This document shows, in pieces, positions 8,707 through 17,362 of a DNA stretch of 64,000 bases (position 1 is its first letter; every line of letters begins with the position of its first letter). The DNA is taken from the NCBI GenBank assembly GCA_003649205.1, contig QMRC01000007.1, forward strand, positions 1 through 64,000, in the 5' to 3' direction. The notes beneath the pieces are model-generated. The model was not told the origin of the DNA, made no database searches, and saw only the letters and a list, made by a program, of their open reading frames with translations. The DNA is from Thermoprotei archaeon (GTDB taxonomy: Archaea; Thermoproteota; Thermoprotei; Thermoproteales; B15-G16). The position numbers and the translations under genes were made by a program.

Positions 8707-9594
8707 CTACTCAACACGTGGTGCTAACATAAATAGTACGCGGCCACCACCAGGGATCTCGAATGTCAAGGTTATTGGTTTTGCTGTAGAGAACCTTATC
8801 TCAACTATGTCAGATACATCAGCCATCCTCTTGACAAAATCTATTAGGTAGTCTAGACCGTACATGGCTTCGGCTTCTTCAGTTACCTCGTACTCGAGAA
8901 ATGCCTCACTTGAGGATGGGTACCTAGCTTCCAGTGCCTTACCTCCCTCAGCAAGTGCCTTTATAATGAACTCATCGGGTGAGGCTATGAACTTCACAGC
9001 ATCAGCTATTGTGTCCGCATCTCTCAGAATTTCATCAAGTACTTCACTAGTCATCTTGACCCTAGCTGTGTACGGTATCTTTGGCTCAGGAATCTCCTCA
9101 CTAGCAACCTCAATAATTGGTATACCGAATCTCCTAACTGGAGTCTTCTTACCGGAGAGAATGATGTGGAGTCTACGTTCCTTAACCTCCATAGTCACCG
9201 TTTGCTTAGCCTTACCCCTCTTCATAATCTTGCTCAGTATATCCATGAGGATCCCTGCCCTAACAACTCCATCACACTCATACTCATCAAATACTGTGCT
9301 AGGTAGGTAGAGATCTACCAGAGCTACCTTCGATGGGTCAAGTGCTCTCAATGTCAGCGCATCTGGTGTGAAGACGAAAGTAGCTTCGTGAAGTATGCTG
9401 GCTAGTGCCTGTATCATGTACTTCCAGTCCTTTGCACTACCGAAGACGAACCTAGCGTAGGTACCTTCAGGAACCTCCTCTTTAGGTTTCTCTTCAGTAA
9501 CCTCACTAACCTCCTCAGTAACCTCTCCACTAACCTCCTCACCAACTTCCTCTGAACCTACTTCCTCACCAATACGCTCCTCGCCTTCAAACAT
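8707..9594 (-). CDS. pcn: DNA polymerase sliding clamp PCNA with acidic N-terminal extension
   Basis: ALDPSKVALVDL, YGLDYL and C-terminal FMLAPRVE PCNA motifs. Confidence 0.92.
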   Translation of the reverse strand: MFEGEERIGEEVGSEEVGEEVSGEVTEEVSEVTEEKPKEEVPEGTYARFVFGSAKDWKYMIQALASILHEATFVFTPDALTLRALDPSKVALVDLYLPSTVFDEYECDGVVRAGILMDILSKIMKRGKAKQTVTMEVKERRLHIILSGKKTPVRRFGIPIIEVASEEIPEPKIPYTARVKMTSEVLDEILRDADTIADAVKFIASPDEFIIKALAEGGKALEARYPSSSEAFLEYEVTEEAEAMYGLDYLIDFVKRMADVSDIVEIRFSTAKPITLTFEIPGGGRVLFMLAPRVE

Positions 9595-9666
9595 AATAAC
9601 ACCTAAGCTAAACTAGAGTTTAGAACGTAAAAGTTTTGTCGGTTATAATTATCTGTAGGTATGTTG

Positions 9667-9718
9667 TGGTGATGAACTTCTCCACACTGATTGATGAGGA
9701 GAAGGAGGTAGGCTGATG
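9667..9718 (+). ncRNA. C/D box sRNA candidate
   Basis: GTGATGA-acttctccaca-CTGA-TTGATGA-ggagaaggaggtagg-CTGA; D box overlaps the ATG of ORF 9716. Confidence 0.85.
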
Positions 9719-10114
9719 ATCAAGTGGGTTAGACCTGACGTTGGTGAACTGTATGAGGGGCCCTTTAGGATAGGTACAGTAACTGTTATCGATAGCTTAC
9801 TTCTCCTGTGTCTAGACATATTCACTGAACTCAGTAGGGAACCTAGCGATGTAGATCAAGTACTTGAGTTATCATCAGGCCACAAGTTACTTTATCTGAA
9901 GATACCTAGTGAACTACTTACTGAGCTAGGTGTAGGTAAGTGTAGTGGTGAGATCGTGATCTACAGTAATGGTAGGGGTACTGTACAAGGTATTTCAGTG
10001 AGATTACTACTCCCCAAGTCTGTAGTTGATGTGGTGAGTAGTGAGTTCCTGAGAAAAGTACTTGAGTTCAGGAATGTAGTAGTTTCGTGGTTGAGAAGTA
10101 GGTATGGTGAGTAA
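9716..10114 (+). CDS. Hypothetical protein
   Basis: Typical codon usage, GGAGGT site upstream, overlaps the next ORF. Confidence 0.7.
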   Translation: MIKWVRPDVGELYEGPFRIGTVTVIDSLLLLCLDIFTELSREPSDVDQVLELSSGHKLLYLKIPSELLTELGVGKCSGEIVIYSNGRGTVQGISVRLLLPKSVVDVVSSEFLRKVLEFRNVVVSWLRSRYGE

Positions 10115-10652
10115 TGTTTACCTACTAATCTACAGGTTACCTAATCCACAGTACGTGAGGAAGTTAGATGAGAGTAGTAGGAGAGAACTTGAGGTAATTA
10201 ACTTAAGAGTTGAGAGATTAGTGAGAAGTCTAGGTATTGAGTGTAGTGATGGGGCTATTCTCTCACTAGAATCCGAAGACAGGATTCGTGAAGTAATGTC
10301 TCAAGTCAAGACAATGTACATAAACTTCATGGAGAAATACGAGGTAGCTGTAGACTTCGTGTATGCGGTGCTCGCACTTGATGAAGAGGATTTGAAGCAA
10401 TTAAAACCAGTAGTAACCTATAGTCTCCAGTTACGTACGCAGAAGCTAATTGAGAGAATTAGGAGGTTAATTGAGAGAGTTAAGTCGCTTAACCCTAAGC
10501 AGAGAAGGAGGTTCAGAAATACATACCGTGAGATAGAGAGGGAGTACCAGACACATGTCCTACTACATTACAGGTTAGGTATAAAGTACAGTGAACTCAG
10601 TACACTTCACGAGGAGATGAACGTGCTTAGGGGGCTCTTCGCAGGTATATAG
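10104..10652 (+). CDS. Hypothetical protein, N-terminus resembles ChrB-N/PaaX/Cas2-like ferredoxin fold, helical C-terminus
   Basis: YLLIYRLP...RVERLVRSLGIECSDGAIL pattern. Confidence 0.6.
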   Translation: MVSNVYLLIYRLPNPQYVRKLDESSRRELEVINLRVERLVRSLGIECSDGAILSLESEDRIREVMSQVKTMYINFMEKYEVAVDFVYAVLALDEEDLKQLKPVVTYSLQLRTQKLIERIRRLIERVKSLNPKQRRRFRNTYREIEREYQTHVLLHYRLGIKYSELSTLHEEMNVLRGLFAGI

Positions 10653-10708
10653 CATCAGCTAGGTATCCCTTCATCACCAATCTGGTCGGTGGTTCAAATC
10701 ATCACCAT
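10653..10708 (-). ncRNA. C/D box sRNA candidate, tRNA T-arm guide
   Basis: GTGATGA-tttgaaccaccgac-CAGA-ttg-GTGATGA-agggatacctag-CTGA; D' guide complementary to GUCGGUGGUUCAAA. Confidence 0.88.
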
Positions 10709-10723
10709 ATAGAGAGTTTATGT

Positions 10724-10873
10724 ACAGTGGTATTAAAGGTATTCACAGTATGGATATGTGTGGTCTAGGTACGTGAATGTACATTACGTAGCTATTGAGT
10801 AGGTATAGGTTCTAAATACCACTGTGATAACTTCGTGACACAGACATATCTAGACAACATTACGTAGATTGAG
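10724..10873. repeat. Intergenic inverted and direct repeats
   Basis: ACAGTGGTATT 10724-10734 and AATACCACTGT 10815-10825 (inverted); ACATTACGTAG at 10781 and 10857, each followed closely by ATTGAG (direct). Confidence 0.6.
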
Positions 10874-10926
10874 CATAGTGATTCGAGATCGTTAGCAAGA
10901 TAGTGTAACTGAAACCCCTAAATACC

Positions 10927-11331
10927 ATGAAGTCCAGTACCTGCCTATACAGGAACTATAGTGATGTTGTAAAGCTCGTGCTCTCATCACTTCAATACCT
11001 CATAAAGACTGCTAGAGGAAGCTGTGTAACTGTTAACTGCAAGAAGGTTGCTGTACTAGCTAATGTAGAGCCACAACCAGTACTACTCACAGTAATCAAG
11101 GATGTTCTCGAGAAGTTGAGAGAGAAGGGTCTTGTAGAGAAGTACATTACATCGAGTCAGGTAAAGTACCGAGTAAATAAGGAGAGTCCATTATGGAGAG
11201 TATGCAAGCAAGCAAGGTCAGTAGATGAAGTCTATGAGTTCATTAAGAACTATGAAAAGCCAAAGGTGGAGGCATACCTAGCTAAGGACGTACTAGAGGA
11301 GGTAGAGGGAGAAGTAGCAAGGAAATCGTGA
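10927..11331 (+). CDS. Winged-helix DNA-binding protein
   Basis: VTVNCKKVA...IKDVLEKLREKGLVEK...KYRV wHTH pattern. Confidence 0.7.
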   Translation: MKSSTCLYRNYSDVVKLVLSSLQYLIKTARGSCVTVNCKKVAVLANVEPQPVLLTVIKDVLEKLREKGLVEKYITSSQVKYRVNKESPLWRVCKQARSVDEVYEFIKNYEKPKVEAYLAKDVLEEVEGEVARKS

Positions 11332-11382
11332 GGTTAAAACAAAAACTCATAGATTTTTAACGTTTACATTACACTTCTCGGT

Positions 11383-11538
11383 TTAAGCCTGTGTCTTTAT
11401 ACCCTTCCTAAATGTTGCTCCACACCTTGGGCACTTGAATAGACCGATGACTACACCCTTCCTTCCTTTTGGTGCTAGTACCCATGTCTTTATTGGAGCC
11501 TCAACCTCTGCACCACACTTTGGACAGGTGTATGGCAT
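11383..11538 (-). CDS. creN7: Chromatin protein Cren7
   Basis: [19 protein letters not shown] signature; ATG at 11538 with GGGGTG site (51 aa). Confidence 0.93.
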   Translation of the reverse strand: MPYTCPKCGAEVEAPIKTWVLAPKGRKGVVIGLFKCPRCGATFRKGIKTQA

Positions 11539-11943
11539 ATCTCGCACCCCCTTGGGTTTGTTCCTCCGTGGTGTAATGATGCAGTACATGGTAAAAAACA
11601 TATGATAATGTTATGTTACTTGTGAAGAGACTTCACGTTTCTGATCTCTAGGTGATGTAATGTTGTTTTGAGCTGCGTATCTAGGGTCTATCAATGAAAA
11701 AGTTGTGTATCTACTTGGAAAGAGAATATATTCCATGTACAGATTTGCACTCTAGGATTTCCCTAAGAACTATTTCAAGTCGAAAAGAGAAATTTTTCCT
11801 CTCTTTGTGATATTAACCTCAGATTATGTGAGAAGCTACTCAGTTACGTCATTGATAGCTTGTGAGTGGGAACTTGAGTAAAGTATTTATCAAGGTATCC
11901 TCATGATGTAGGAAGGTGACTAGGTACTAGTAGGGTGTACATC

Positions 11944-14409
11944 ATGAGTGTTGATAAGTCAAAGAAGATAATCCTCTGGTTCGAGGAGCTAACTAAGGAG
12001 GATGTACCATTAGTTGGTGGTAAGTGTGCAAACCTTGGTGAGATGACAAGAGCAGGGCTACCAGTACCACCGGGATTCGCTGTATCAGCATATGCCTACA
12101 AGCGATTCATTGAGGAGACAGGTATCAAGGACAAGATCTACGAGATACTGAGGGAAGTCATTAAGGAGAAGAAACCTGAAGAGTACGAGGAGGCATCTAG
12201 GAGGATTAGGGAATTAATCGAGAAGACACCGATGCCAAAGGACATCGAGGAAGAGATTAGAAGAGCTTACCGCGAGCTCTGTAGGAGACTAAATATGGAG
12301 AAAGTTCCTGTTGCTGTGAGGAGTAGTGCAACAGCTGAGGACCTACCAGACGCATCATTTGCAGGACAGCAGGAAACGTACCTAAACGTAATTGGTGAAG
12401 ATGAAGTTATCGAGAAGGTCAAGAAGTGTTGGTCAAGTCTCTTCACACCAAGAGCAATATTCTATAGAGAGCAGAAGGGATTCGCTCACGAGAGAGTCCT
12501 GATATCGGTAGCCGTCCAGAAGATGGTTAATGCTAAGGCAGCTGGTGTGATGTTCACGATACACCCAGTTACTGGTGAAGAGGATAAGCTAGTTATTGAG
12601 GCTAACTGGGGTCTCGGTGAGACTGTTGTCAGTGGTAGAGTTACTCCAGATGAGTGGGTTGTAGATAAGAAGACCTTAGAGATAGTTGAGAGGAGGGTAT
12701 CTGAGAAGAAGGTAGCTATCTTCAGAGATCCAAAGACAGGTAAGTCAATTGAAGTAGAGTTACCACCAGAGAAGGCTAAGGCACCATGTTTAACAGATGA
12801 AGAGGTTAAGGAGTTAGCTAAGTACGGTATTGCAATTGAGAAGCACTACGGTAGAGCAATGGACGTTGAGTGGGCTATCGACCAAGACCTACCATTCCCA
12901 CAGAACGTATTCATAGTACAGGCAAGACCTGAGACTGTATGGAGTGTGAGAGGTGTCAAGAAGGCTGAGGAGAAGCCAGTTGCAGCTGCAGCTGCTAAGA
13001 TCGTGACTAAAGGTCTACCAGCAAGTCCTGGTATCGCGATTGGTACAGCTAAGGTATGTCTATCAGTTGAGGATGCACAGAAGCTAATGCAGAAAGGCGA
13101 TGTACTAGTAACAACAATGACGAACCCAGACTGGGTACCATACATGAGGATTGCTGCCGCCATCGTGACAGATGAAGGTGGTATGACATGTCACGCAGCT
13201 ATCGTGAGTAGAGAGCTAGGTATACCATGTATTGTTGGTACAGGTAATGCAACGAAGGTGATGAAGACAGGCCAGATGTACACAGTTGATGCTAAGACAG
13301 GTGTAGTGTATGAAGGTGTTGTTGCTGAGCTAGCTAAGCCAGCTGAGAAGAAAGTCGAGAAGGTTGAGGCGATGCCAGCAATCGAGATAGTACTAGCACC
13401 ACCAACAGCAACTAAGATCTACATGAACCTAGGTGTACCTGAGAAGATCGATGAGTACAAGAACTTACCATTTGATGGTATTGGCCTAATGAGGATCGAG
13501 TTCATACTAGCAAGCTACATAGGTGATCACCCACTGTACCTAATTGAGATTGGACAAGAAGAGAAGTTCGTAAGTAAGCTAGCTGAGGGCATTGCTTACG
13601 TAGCTAGAGCAATCTACCCGAGACCAGTAGTCGTGAGATTCAGTGACTTCAAGACGAATGAGTACAGACAGTTAAGAGGTGGTGAGAAGTACGAGCCAGA
13701 AGAACGTAATCCAATGATTGGTTGGAGAGGTGTAGCAAGGTACATCTCACCACAGTACGTTAAGGCATTCAAGCTAGAGGTCAGAGCGATTAAGAAGGTT
13801 AGGGAGGAGTACGGTCTCAAGAACGTATGGGTAATGGCGCCATTCGTGAGGACTCTATGGGAGGCTGAGAGATTCATTGAGTTACTAGCTGAGGAAGGTC
13901 TAGAGAGCGGTAGGGACTTCAAGATCTGGGCAATGGCTGAGGTACCAAGCGTGATCTTCCTAGCAGATGAGTTCTGTAAGTACTTTGATGGATTTAGCAT
14001 AGGTAGTAACGATCTAACACAGCTAATCCTAGGTACCGATAGAGACAGTGAGATACTAGTTAGCATCGATCCAAGGTACTTCGATGAGAGAGACCCAGCA
14101 GTGCTAAGAGCAATAGCACACCTAATCAAGGTAGCACATAGACATGGTAGAACTGTTAGCATCTGTGGACAAGCACCATCAGTGTATCCTGAATTTGTAG
14201 AGTTCCTAGTGAGGTGTGGAATTGACAGCATATCAGTGAACCCAGATGTGGTAATACAGACTAGGAAGCTAGTAGCATCTGTCGAGAGAAAGATAATGCT
14301 AGAGAGACTTGAGGATCTAGAGCGTAGAGTCGTGAGAAGACTACTGAGGACAAGAGTAACTGGTAGAAAGGTAGCGAAAGCACCCTGGGAATGGGAACCT
14401 GAGTGGTAA
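11944..14409 (+). CDS. ppsA: Phosphoenolpyruvate synthase
   Basis: [20 protein letters not shown], phospho-His motif [21 protein letters not shown]. Confidence 0.97.
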   Translation: MSVDKSKKIILWFEELTKEDVPLVGGKCANLGEMTRAGLPVPPGFAVSAYAYKRFIEETGIKDKIYEILREVIKEKKPEEYEEASRRIRELIEKTPMPKDIEEEIRRAYRELCRRLNMEKVPVAVRSSATAEDLPDASFAGQQETYLNVIGEDEVIEKVKKCWSSLFTPRAIFYREQKGFAHERVLISVAVQKMVNAKAAGVMFTIHPVTGEEDKLVIEANWGLGETVVSGRVTPDEWVVDKKTLEIVERRVSEKKVAIFRDPKTGKSIEVELPPEKAKAPCLTDEEVKELAKYGIAIEKHYGRAMDVEWAIDQDLPFPQNVFIVQARPETVWSVRGVKKAEEKPVAAAAAKIVTKGLPASPGIAIGTAKVCLSVEDAQKLMQKGDVLVTTMTNPDWVPYMRIAAAIVTDEGGMTCHAAIVSRELGIPCIVGTGNATKVMKTGQMYTVDAKTGVVYEGVVAELAKPAEKKVEKVEAMPAIEIVLAPPTATKIYMNLGVPEKIDEYKNLPFDGIGLMRIEFILASYIGDHPLYLIEIGQEEKFVSKLAEGIAYVARAIYPRPVVVRFSDFKTNEYRQLRGGEKYEPEERNPMIGWRGVARYISPQYVKAFKLEVRAIKKVREEYGLKNVWVMAPFVRTLWEAERFIELLAEEGLESGRDFKIWAMAEVPSVIFLADEFCKYFDGFSIGSNDLTQLILGTDRDSEILVSIDPRYFDERDPAVLRAIAHLIKVAHRHGRTVSICGQAPSVYPEFVEFLVRCGIDSISVNPDVVIQTRKLVASVERKIMLERLEDLERRVVRRLLRTRVTGRKVAKAPWEWEPEW

Positions 14410-14622
14410 TTTCGGTAAACTCTATTCCTACTCTTTTTCCCTCCTCGCTATAGCTTCTAGATACTACGCTACCCTTCTCTTCCACTACAACTGATTAATC
14501 TTAATTGCTATCCTGGTCCCTAATTACTTAGGGGAATTTCATGAGAGAGAGAATAGGGTACCTTAGAGAAATTGAGCGAGAACGTATTGGTAGAATTTAC
14601 CCTAGAGGTGAAGTAAAGCCTT

Positions 14623-15054
14623 ATGGCTATAAGGTTGAAGTTAAGGTTGGTGAGGGGAGAGAAACATAGCATTGACGTCGTTGCTCTAGTCAATAGTGGT
14701 TATGAAACTAGAGAACCTGAGCTATTGGTACCAAGAGAAGTAGCTGAACAGCTAGATCTACTACCTAGACTTCCCTCTGGCTCTGAGATTAAGGAGTATG
14801 TCCTTGCCGATGGTACTGTAGTGAGGTTGATTAGAGTACCTAAGGCTGCTAGGGTGTTTGTTGTTGAGGAAGATAGGATTGTTGGTGGTATTGAGTCTAA
14901 TGTCGTCATCAGTGATAGAGCTGAGGAGGTCTTAATTAGCGATAAGTTAGCTGGGAAATTGAGTATTGTTGCTCTTGACTTTGGAGAGGGATTGTGGTGT
15001 TTTAGAGATGAATTAGGTAGAAAGGTTAGGTACTCACGTACTCGTACTAGGTGA
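14623..15054 (+). CDS. Clan AA aspartic-protease-like protein
   Basis: ALVNSGYE (D-S/T-G position), VLADG, EVLIS motifs. Confidence 0.65.
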   Translation: MAIRLKLRLVRGEKHSIDVVALVNSGYETREPELLVPREVAEQLDLLPRLPSGSEIKEYVLADGTVVRLIRVPKAARVFVVEEDRIVGGIESNVVISDRAEEVLISDKLAGKLSIVALDFGEGLWCFRDELGRKVRYSRTRTR

Positions 15055-15566
15055 AGATGTGCGCTTCAAGTGAAGAACTGCTAAGCACTATACCTAGGGT
15101 ACCTGGTATTTATGTCCTAATTGTGAAGGTACTAACGACAATATGTCTACGTGTTAGATCCCTCGGTGTTGTTGAGGTGCCTGAGGGATATGTAGTGTAT
15201 GTTGGTTCTGCTTGGGGTTTTGGTGGTTTGAAGAGTAGACTCAGTAGACATCTCAGAAAGAGTAAGTCCGTTAAGTGGCATATAGACTACATCACGTGTA
15301 GTTACTTTACGAGAGTTGAAGCTATTGTCTATGCTGAACGTGCGGGAAGAGAACTAGAGCATGTACTCGCTACAGAGTTCTCGAAGTTCTTTAAACCTTT
15401 GGCTAGAGGTTTTGGATCTAGTGACTGTAGGTGTGTAGCGCACGCATTTATAGCTGGTCAAGATCTTGAGCAAGTACTTACTACGGTGGTGGCGACGTTT
15501 AGGAAGCATGGTCTTAATCCTATGTTAGTCACTATAGCTACGGCTACCAACTCTAAGTCTTCATAA
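15051..15566 (+). CDS. GIY-YIG (Uri superfamily, DUF123-type) nuclease
   Basis: GIYVL, YVYVGSA-like, RLSRH, WHIDY, GFGSSDCRC. Confidence 0.88.
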   Translation: MKMCASSEELLSTIPRVPGIYVLIVKVLTTICLRVRSLGVVEVPEGYVVYVGSAWGFGGLKSRLSRHLRKSKSVKWHIDYITCSYFTRVEAIVYAERAGRELEHVLATEFSKFFKPLARGFGSSDCRCVAHAFIAGQDLEQVLTTVVATFRKHGLNPMLVTIATATNSKSS

Positions 15567-15605
15567 GTTCGTCTACGCAGTTGTATATCTGGAGGTGAAT
15601 GCTTA

Positions 15606-16550
15606 GTGAGAAAGGTGGTATTGGATACTGATCCAGGTATAGACGATGCACTAGCTATTGCACTATTGCTGAATTCTTCTGAGGTTGAGGTTTTAGCTAT
15701 AACAACAGTAGCTGGAAACACTACAGCAGACAAGACTACGAGGAACGCATTGAGAATTCTTGAGGTTCTCAAACGTAGGGATGTACCTGTAGCTAGGGGT
15801 TCAGAGAAACCACTCGTTAGAGAACTCGTGACGGGTGAGGTATATCATGGTAGTGATGGTCTTGGTGATACAGGTATGTTCCCAGAACCTACACAGAGAC
15901 CTGTTGGTAAGGATGCTAGTGAGTTAATAGTTGACCTAGTTCTAGGTGAACCACCGCATTCAGTGACCTTGGTAGCTATTGGCCCTCTAACGAATGTAGC
16001 TAAGGCAGTGTTAAGATGCCCTGAAATAGCTAAGAGATTGAGAGAAGTAGTCATTATGGGTGGATGCTACGGACTAACACCATATGCATACGGTAATGCA
16101 ACACCTGTCTCGGAGTTCAACTTCTATGTCGATCCCGAGGCAGCACACATCGTACTTAACTCAGGTGCAAGAATCAAACTCTTTGGACTTGACGTAACGC
16201 ACAACCCGAGAACTGCAATAACGACGGAGAAGTTGAGTGAGATAGAGAGATACAACACGTTCTTCGCTAAGTACATAGCTAAGGTGGCTAAGCCACGAGT
16301 AAACATGTACATGCACTTCTTCCTTCATGACCCATTGACAGTAGCTTCAGTAGTTGACGATAGAATTGTACAAAAGTCCATTACAGGGAGGGTTTACATT
16401 GAGACTCACGGTGAGTTAACTCGAGGACAATCTATTGTAGAGAGGAGACCTTGGATTAAGGTAGAGCCAAATGCAGAGATTGTAGTTGAGGTTGATGAGG
16501 AGAGGTTCATGAGCTTGTTCATGGATCGTGTTGTGCGTGTAGAGTTGTGA
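15606..16550 (+). CDS. Nucleoside hydrolase (IU-NH family)
   Basis: DTDPGIDDA, IGPLTNVA, EFNFYVDPEAA, LHDP. Confidence 0.95.
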   Translation: MRKVVLDTDPGIDDALAIALLLNSSEVEVLAITTVAGNTTADKTTRNALRILEVLKRRDVPVARGSEKPLVRELVTGEVYHGSDGLGDTGMFPEPTQRPVGKDASELIVDLVLGEPPHSVTLVAIGPLTNVAKAVLRCPEIAKRLREVVIMGGCYGLTPYAYGNATPVSEFNFYVDPEAAHIVLNSGARIKLFGLDVTHNPRTAITTEKLSEIERYNTFFAKYIAKVAKPRVNMYMHFFLHDPLTVASVVDDRIVQKSITGRVYIETHGELTRGQSIVERRPWIKVEPNAEIVVEVDEERFMSLFMDRVVRVEL

Positions 16551-16779
16551 ATTACAGGTATAGTCAATTCACGTGAGACAAAGCACTCCTATACACAAAA
16601 TCATCAAAAGTTAAACACATACCAGTTCCCTACCTGAAATCAGTATTAATCTAATTTCCTTCATACACTCGACAAGACTATAGTTGTTTATGTCTCTCAC
16701 ATCGAAGTACTTACCCTGAAGTACACCGTATACGTAGGTCATTGTGGTTACGAATAAGTAGGGTTTCCTAGTCGCTGTA

Positions 16780-17274
16780 GTGGGGATAGGCATGGTAGGT
16801 ATTATGGAAGCTATCCTGTACTACATAGCACATAGATGTTGGAATGTAGGGTATAGGCCCATCAATACACTGGTGTTGAAGCCTATTGCTGTACGTGATT
16901 TCACTGAGAGAGTACTCGGTACCTCAGTTGGCGTAGATGAGGTGGTGAAGGCACTAACAGAGCTAGGAGTGAATACTGTTGATCCGAAGACAGGTACTGT
17001 AGTGAGGAATGAACATGTGATTAAGCTACTTAAATCGCTGGACTTCAAGATACCTTGTCCTTGGTGTAGTGAGAAGTTTAGCGAGGTGAAGGACCTTGTT
17101 AAGCACGTGGCGTCTGCACACAGTACGCAGATAGTTGTCGAAGGTAACTCATGTAAAGTCTGCAGTAGGAAATTCCGCGGCATCAATGAAGTATGTCAGC
17201 ACTACCTGAAAAAGCACCTCAATGTAAATTCCATAGCTGAAGCCATTAAGGCAATAGCACCAAGTATCACGTAG
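16780..17274 (+). CDS. Protein with two C2H2 zinc fingers
   Basis: CPWC-x12-HVASAH and CKVC-x12-HYLKKH; exact start uncertain. Confidence 0.75.
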   Translation: MGIGMVGIMEAILYYIAHRCWNVGYRPINTLVLKPIAVRDFTERVLGTSVGVDEVVKALTELGVNTVDPKTGTVVRNEHVIKLLKSLDFKIPCPWCSEKFSEVKDLVKHVASAHSTQIVVEGNSCKVCSRKFRGINEVCQHYLKKHLNVNSIAEAIKAIAPSIT

Positions 17275-17329
17275 TCAGTCCCAATCGCCTTCATCCTCCT
17301 TTCAGAGTCGGGATTGTCCATCATCCAAA
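17273..17329 (-). ncRNA. C/D box sRNA candidate
   Basis: tGGATGA-tggacaatcccgact-CTGA-aagg-AGGATGA-aggcgattggga-CTGA. Confidence 0.75.
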
Positions 17330-17362
17330 ATACATTCCTTAGGGGCTACATAATATCTATTG

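Noticed and set aside
10685-10700. tRNA-like T-arm sequence GTCGGTGGTTCAAATC, possibly a tRNA or attachment site
   Set aside because: No cloverleaf or integrase; explained as the complement of a C/D sRNA guide on the minus strand
11539-11601. N-terminal extension of the 72-aa Cren7 ORF
   Set aside because: A strong ribosome-binding site precedes ATG 11538; the extension is promoter/leader sequence
11620-11675. Possible additional C/D sRNA (GTGAAGA...CTGA...GTGATGT)
   Set aside because: No convincing terminal D box and a low-complexity second guide
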